This document shows positions 55,320 through 58,558 of a DNA stretch of 58,558 nucleotides, piece by piece. The position numbers were made by a program, and so were the translations under genes. Location of the stretch: NCBI GenBank assembly GCA_018895275.1, contig JAHIOQ010000048.1:1-58558 (forward strand), in the 5' to 3' direction. The stretch comes from Candidatus Omnitrophota bacterium (GTDB lineage Bacteria; Omnitrophota; Gorgyraeia; B26-G9). Below the pieces are notes generated by a model. It was not told the DNA's origin. It was given only the letters and a program-made list of their open reading frames with translations, and did no database searches. Position 1 is the first letter of the stretch. The number at the start of each line of letters is the position of its first letter.

Positions 55320-55936
55320 ACGAAAGCAGTTCCTTCTTTTTCCTCGCCGATCGTTGTCGGCTGCCCATGCCCGGGAAAAACAACGGTATCATCAGGCAGG
55401 CACATAAGCTTGTCCCGGATTGACCCCATCAGTTGTGCCAGGGAACCTCCCGGCAGATCCGTCCTGCCGACACCGCAATTAAACAGGGTGTCTCCGCTAA
55501 AAAGGATATCTCTCACCAGAAAACACATACCGCCCGGGGTATGCCCGGGGGTATGTATCGCCTTTAGTTTTAACTCCCCAACGGAGATCAGATCACTGTC
55601 CGCCAGAAACTGTAAGCACAACATAACATTTTTTTTATCTGCCCCTGCAAAAGACAGGCATTCTTTGTCATTACGCACCATCATTTCGTCATTCTTATGC
55701 ATAAACACCGGCAGGCTGCTAAATGCAGACAAAGCGCCGATGTGGTCAAAATGCCCATGTGTTAACAGTACCGCATTTATTTTCAGGTTTTCTTTTTTCA
55801 CTGCTGTTTTAATTTTTTCCCCCTCTGCACCGGGGTCAATCACAACCGCGTCACCGCTTTGCGGATCTCCCAGAATATAACAATTCGTCTGCAATACTCC
55901 GCCAATTATTGTCCGTACGATTATTGTGTTATCCAT
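55316..55936 (-). CDS. MBL-fold metallo-hydrolase (glyoxalase II-like)
   Basis: THGHFDH, TPGHTPG, FSGDTLF, GRTDLPGG and PGHG. Confidence 0.93.
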   Translation of the reverse strand: MDNTIIVRTIIGGVLQTNCYILGDPQSGDAVVIDPGAEGEKIKTAVKKENLKINAVLLTHGHFDHIGALSAFSSLPVFMHKNDEMMVRNDKECLSFAGADKKNVMLCLQFLADSDLISVGELKLKAIHTPGHTPGGMCFLVRDILFSGDTLFNCGVGRTDLPGGSLAQLMGSIRDKLMCLPDDTVVFPGHGQPTTIGEEKEGTAFV

Positions 55937-56511
55937 AGCGCAACCTTATCATAACTATATTTATTTTCCAGCAGTTTTGCGATATGTTCCAATTCATTTT
56001 CAATGTCCTTGGTTTTAACCAAAGGCAAATCCCCTTTCTTTATCTGCCTCACCAATGGAATAAGCCTTTCATTTACACCGGCGATTTCCTGCCGATACTC
56101 TTCTTTTATTAATTTTTGCAGCAACCGGATGTAATTACCGGCATTATGAGCCATGCGATATGCCCACAACGAATTTTTTGCTAAAGAATTTTTCGCCTCT
56201 TCCAAAGACGTTACGGCAAGCAGATGATATTGTTCATACTTCTCTTTTGGAGATTTCTGGGGATAAACGGTTTCTTCGTATTTTAAAACAGGCCCGCCAG
56301 GTTCCGCATCGTGTTTCTCGGACCGTTCTAGTTCGATTCCGCTGGTAAACCCCGTTAGAGAACTTCGTTCCCTAACGCTTTCCGCTGACGGTGCGTCAGC
56401 GTCTATATTTTTCCCACCACCGACTTCGTCGGTGGCTTTTTCTAACGGGGTAAAAGCGCACAATACCAGTAACGGTAAAATAGTAATACTTGCTGGAATT
56501 ATTTTTTTCAT
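55921..56511 (-). CDS. Hypothetical exported protein, 196 aa
   Basis: Signal-peptide-like N-terminus and helical C-terminus; overlaps both neighbours. Confidence 0.75.
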   Translation of the reverse strand: MKKIIPASITILPLLVLCAFTPLEKATDEVGGGKNIDADAPSAESVRERSSLTGFTSGIELERSEKHDAEPGGPVLKYEETVYPQKSPKEKYEQYHLLAVTSLEEAKNSLAKNSLWAYRMAHNAGNYIRLLQKLIKEEYRQEIAGVNERLIPLVRQIKKGDLPLVKTKDIENELEHIAKLLENKYSYDKVALWITQ

Positions 56512-57230
56512 CGTCCTTGACCTAATCTTGTCGCCAAAAATTCCGGCAGACAGGCATCCTTTATTTTGGATTGCGCCTGGATTATATTATACTTAATCCT
56601 TTTTATCTCCACAAGCTTTTTTTTAGTATCGAAGATACAATAAGAAGCCAACGGTATTCCGTCTCGCGGCTGGCCGACACTACCTACATTACAAATACAT
56701 AATTTGCCGACAGACAACAAAACGCGCTGCCGTCTTAAAGCTTGCGCCTTTCCCGCAGCAAATGTGAACACCTGCGGTATATGGGTATGGCCGAGAAAAG
56801 CAACAGGCCGCTTCATAAGATTAAAGTCTTCCCGTGCCTGCTCTATAGTATGAAGATAGGGAAAAATATCGGGATGATGTAAAGCTCCATGGACACATTC
56901 GATGTTTTCATCTATATACTGCAGCGGTAGATGTTCTAAAAACTCTTTATCTTTAGCCGATAGCCTTTCGCGGGTCCAGAGAATCGCTTCTTTAGCGTAA
57001 ATATTGAATGCCTCTATGCTAATTCCGGCAACACCCCAATCGTGATTGCCGGCAATTATATCGGCATTAAGCCTTTGAATCGCCGACAGACATTGTGACG
57101 GATCAGCTCCGTAGCCGACAATATCGCCCAGGCAAATGAATCTATCAATCGATTCATGTTTATACGCCTTCAAGACTGCTTCCAGGGCTTCCAGATTCCC
57201 ATGCACATCAGAAAATATTCCATAGCGCAT
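56508..57230 (-). CDS. Metallophosphoesterase (calcineurin-like)
   Basis: SDVHGN, GDIVGYG, GNHD, HG, GHTH and NVGSVGQPRD. Confidence 0.92.
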   Translation of the reverse strand: MRYGIFSDVHGNLEALEAVLKAYKHESIDRFICLGDIVGYGADPSQCLSAIQRLNADIIAGNHDWGVAGISIEAFNIYAKEAILWTRERLSAKDKEFLEHLPLQYIDENIECVHGALHHPDIFPYLHTIEQAREDFNLMKRPVAFLGHTHIPQVFTFAAGKAQALRRQRVLLSVGKLCICNVGSVGQPRDGIPLASYCIFDTKKKLVEIKRIKYNIIQAQSKIKDACLPEFLATRLGQGR

Positions 57231-57231
57231 A

Positions 57232-57510
57232 TTAATAGAACTTTATTTCAAACCCTTGAGTTTGCCCCGACGGCTTTTGCCAGGAAATCTGCTTCTGCTT
57301 GATATATAAACCGAAAACAGATTCCAGATCCTTTATAAATTCAAGCAGGTCTTCTTCCGGAGCTTCCGCCAGGATTTCCACGCGTCCATCCGGAAGATTT
57401 TTCACCCAGCCGCTAAGATTATATTTAACCGCGACATGCAGGGTTTTATAACGAAATCCTACGCCCTGAACCGTTCCCGAATAATAGATATGTACCTGTT
57501 TCTCAGACAT
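57232..57510 (-). CDS. acyP: Acylphosphatase
   Basis: G.VQGVGFR and [12 protein letters not shown]. Confidence 0.94.
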   Translation of the reverse strand: MSEKQVHIYYSGTVQGVGFRYKTLHVAVKYNLSGWVKNLPDGRVEILAEAPEEDLLEFIKDLESVFGLYIKQKQISWQKPSGQTQGFEIKFY

Positions 57511-57597
57511 AGGATAAAGGAGGTTATTAAGCGTGCTCCGGTTAGAGGCGGACCCATTGCAAAATCCGGGTCAAGAAACGTAAACGCACGGAAAATA

Positions 57598-57897
57598 TCA
57601 AAACCCGGGGATTTTCAGATCGCCCATAGTTGATTTTAGTTTTTCCGCAGCGACTCTTTGCACTTTATCCGCAGCGCCGTTTACACAGGAAACGAGTTCT
57701 TTCTGCAGTTTTTCTTTTTTTTCCGGTTGTAAAAATTCACTATCTATTTCAAAAGAAACAACGCGCTGCGTTCCGGTCATGGAAATTTTTATTTTCCCGC
57801 CGGCGGCTTCATGATCTATACAAATACCTTCCAATCCTTTCTTAACCTCATTCATTTTCTTTTGCGCTTCAAAAATATTCTTTAATTTATCCAACAT
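57598..57897 (-). CDS. ybaB: YbaB/EbfC nucleoid-associated protein
   Basis: AQKKM...AAGGKIKISMTG...LKIPGF pattern; AGGAGG ribosome-binding site. Confidence 0.85.
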   Translation of the reverse strand: MLDKLKNIFEAQKKMNEVKKGLEGICIDHEAAGGKIKISMTGTQRVVSFEIDSEFLQPEKKEKLQKELVSCVNGAADKVQRVAAEKLKSTMGDLKIPGF

Positions 57898-57930
57898 GGT
57901 TTTCCTCCTTATACTATTAGATATTTGGTC

Positions 57931-57959
57931 ATTGTACTATTAAAACAGAGGTTAAGCAA
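57931..57959 (-). promoter_or_regulatory. Putative sigma70 promoter (TTGCTT-N17-TACAAT) upstream of ybaB
   Basis: Hexamers and spacing read from the sequence. Confidence 0.55.
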
Positions 57960-57980
57960 GTTATTTTCCAAAAACCTGAT

Positions 57981-58446
57981 TTATTCTACCTGCGTATATG
58001 AAGGCGCGATTCCTTTAAGTGTTTTCATGCGGTCCTCAAGTTCCCGAACAAGCCGGCTCTTACCCATTTGCTTATAGTATACTATCAAATTTTCCAAAAG
58101 CGATTCCAGCGCCGGGTGCTTATATCCTAAAATCTTTTCTTTTAAAGCCAGGGCCTGTTTAAAACGGCTCAGCCTGTGCATAATCTCCATTTGCATAATA
58201 AAGCATGCCCAGGGTACTCATCGCTTGTGCCGTGTTTTCATGTTCCAAACCAAAGGTGTCTTTGGCAATATCCAGCGCCTTTTGACCAACTTCAACAGCT
58301 TGCGCATAGTTTCCCTGATGGTATAGGGCAAAGACCTGGTCATTAAAACCATTCCACACATCCTCCTGAGCATAGGCCGAACCGCACCCCAGAAGGATTG
58401 CTACAGTTACGCATACGGACGATATAATGCTTCCTCTTTTAACCAC
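57981..58446 (-). pseudogene. Secreted TPR protein (kinesin-light-chain-like TPRs) split by a frameshift at about 58159-58165
   Basis: Frame A reads ...FGLEHENTAQAMSTLGMLYYANGDYAQAEPF* and frame B continues KQALALKEKILGYKHP..., so the TPR consensus runs across the break. Confidence 0.8.
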
Positions 58447-58468
58447 AGATAACACAGATTTCACAGAG
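58442..58468. repeat. Single arm of the (CACAGAT)3 element
   Basis: ACCACAGAT-AACACAGAT-TTCACAGAG, the same family as 14366-14458. Confidence 0.8.
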
Positions 58469-58503
58469 AAAAACTAAAACTTGATTCAAAAATTATATAC
58501 TCA

Positions 58504-58525
58504 GTGTGATTTATATAAATCACAC
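58504..58525. promoter_or_regulatory. Perfect 22-bp palindrome GTGTGATTTATATAAATCACAC, putative operator
   Basis: Exact self-reverse-complement, checked base by base. Confidence 0.5.
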
Positions 58526-58558
58526 CAAAATTATTTAATGGGAACTCAACAAGAAAAA

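Noticed and set aside
57511-57597. SRP RNA (ffs) near ybaB
   Set aside because: The conserved domain IV motifs (CAGG..CGGAAGG.AGCAG) are absent.
42-58196. Many short ORFs in the track lying antisense to or out of frame within housekeeping genes (e.g. 42-308, 749-1243, 9856-10782, 42347-42856)
   Set aside because: They are shadow ORFs of well-supported genes, with no motifs or ribosome-binding sites.

Overview
A 58.6 kb, mostly minus-strand chromosomal window from a Gram-negative, LPS-making bacterium. Gene order and protein style suggest the PVC group, most likely Candidatus Omnitrophota; this is inference and no phylogeny was run. About three quarters is housekeeping: recA (partial), amrB/MEMO1, two M16 peptidases, rpsU, comF-lptF-lptG, the kdsA-kdsD-kdsC-lptB-hpf-ptsN-yvcK-ptsH-ptsI-NTP transferase-metK-ahcY-fba run, hom-thrC-apgM, tRNA-Pro(GGG), and the run from an M16 peptidase through rpe, pgm, lepA, lepB, pgsA, der and plsY to gpsA. 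Three accessory loci stand out. (1) At 48.4-55.3 kb, a tightly coupled pilO / gspC-like / secretin / C25 gingipain-type protease / PorV-FadL-like beta-barrel / gspC module. The protease ends in a CFI-box-CTERM domain, and the module has no ATPase, platform protein or pilins. It looks like a type II secretion channel joined to a PorU/PorV-style protease-barrel pair and is the best candidate for an undescribed secretion or sorting system. (2) At 26.7-33.3 kb, a stand-alone 2192-aa secreted protein of about 30 YD/RHS-like beta repeats with a 4-repeat super-period, TPR-like and dockerin-like inserts, and no RHS toxin tip. (3) At 7.7-9.7 kb, a two-gene unit encoding an unannotated 43-aa lipoprotein and a 601-aa secreted protein of unknown family. 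Several intergenic gaps contain small non-coding inverted-repeat elements. There is also one truncated Zn-ribbon gene remnant and one frameshifted TPR gene. No CRISPR array, rRNA, intact transposase or integrase was seen.
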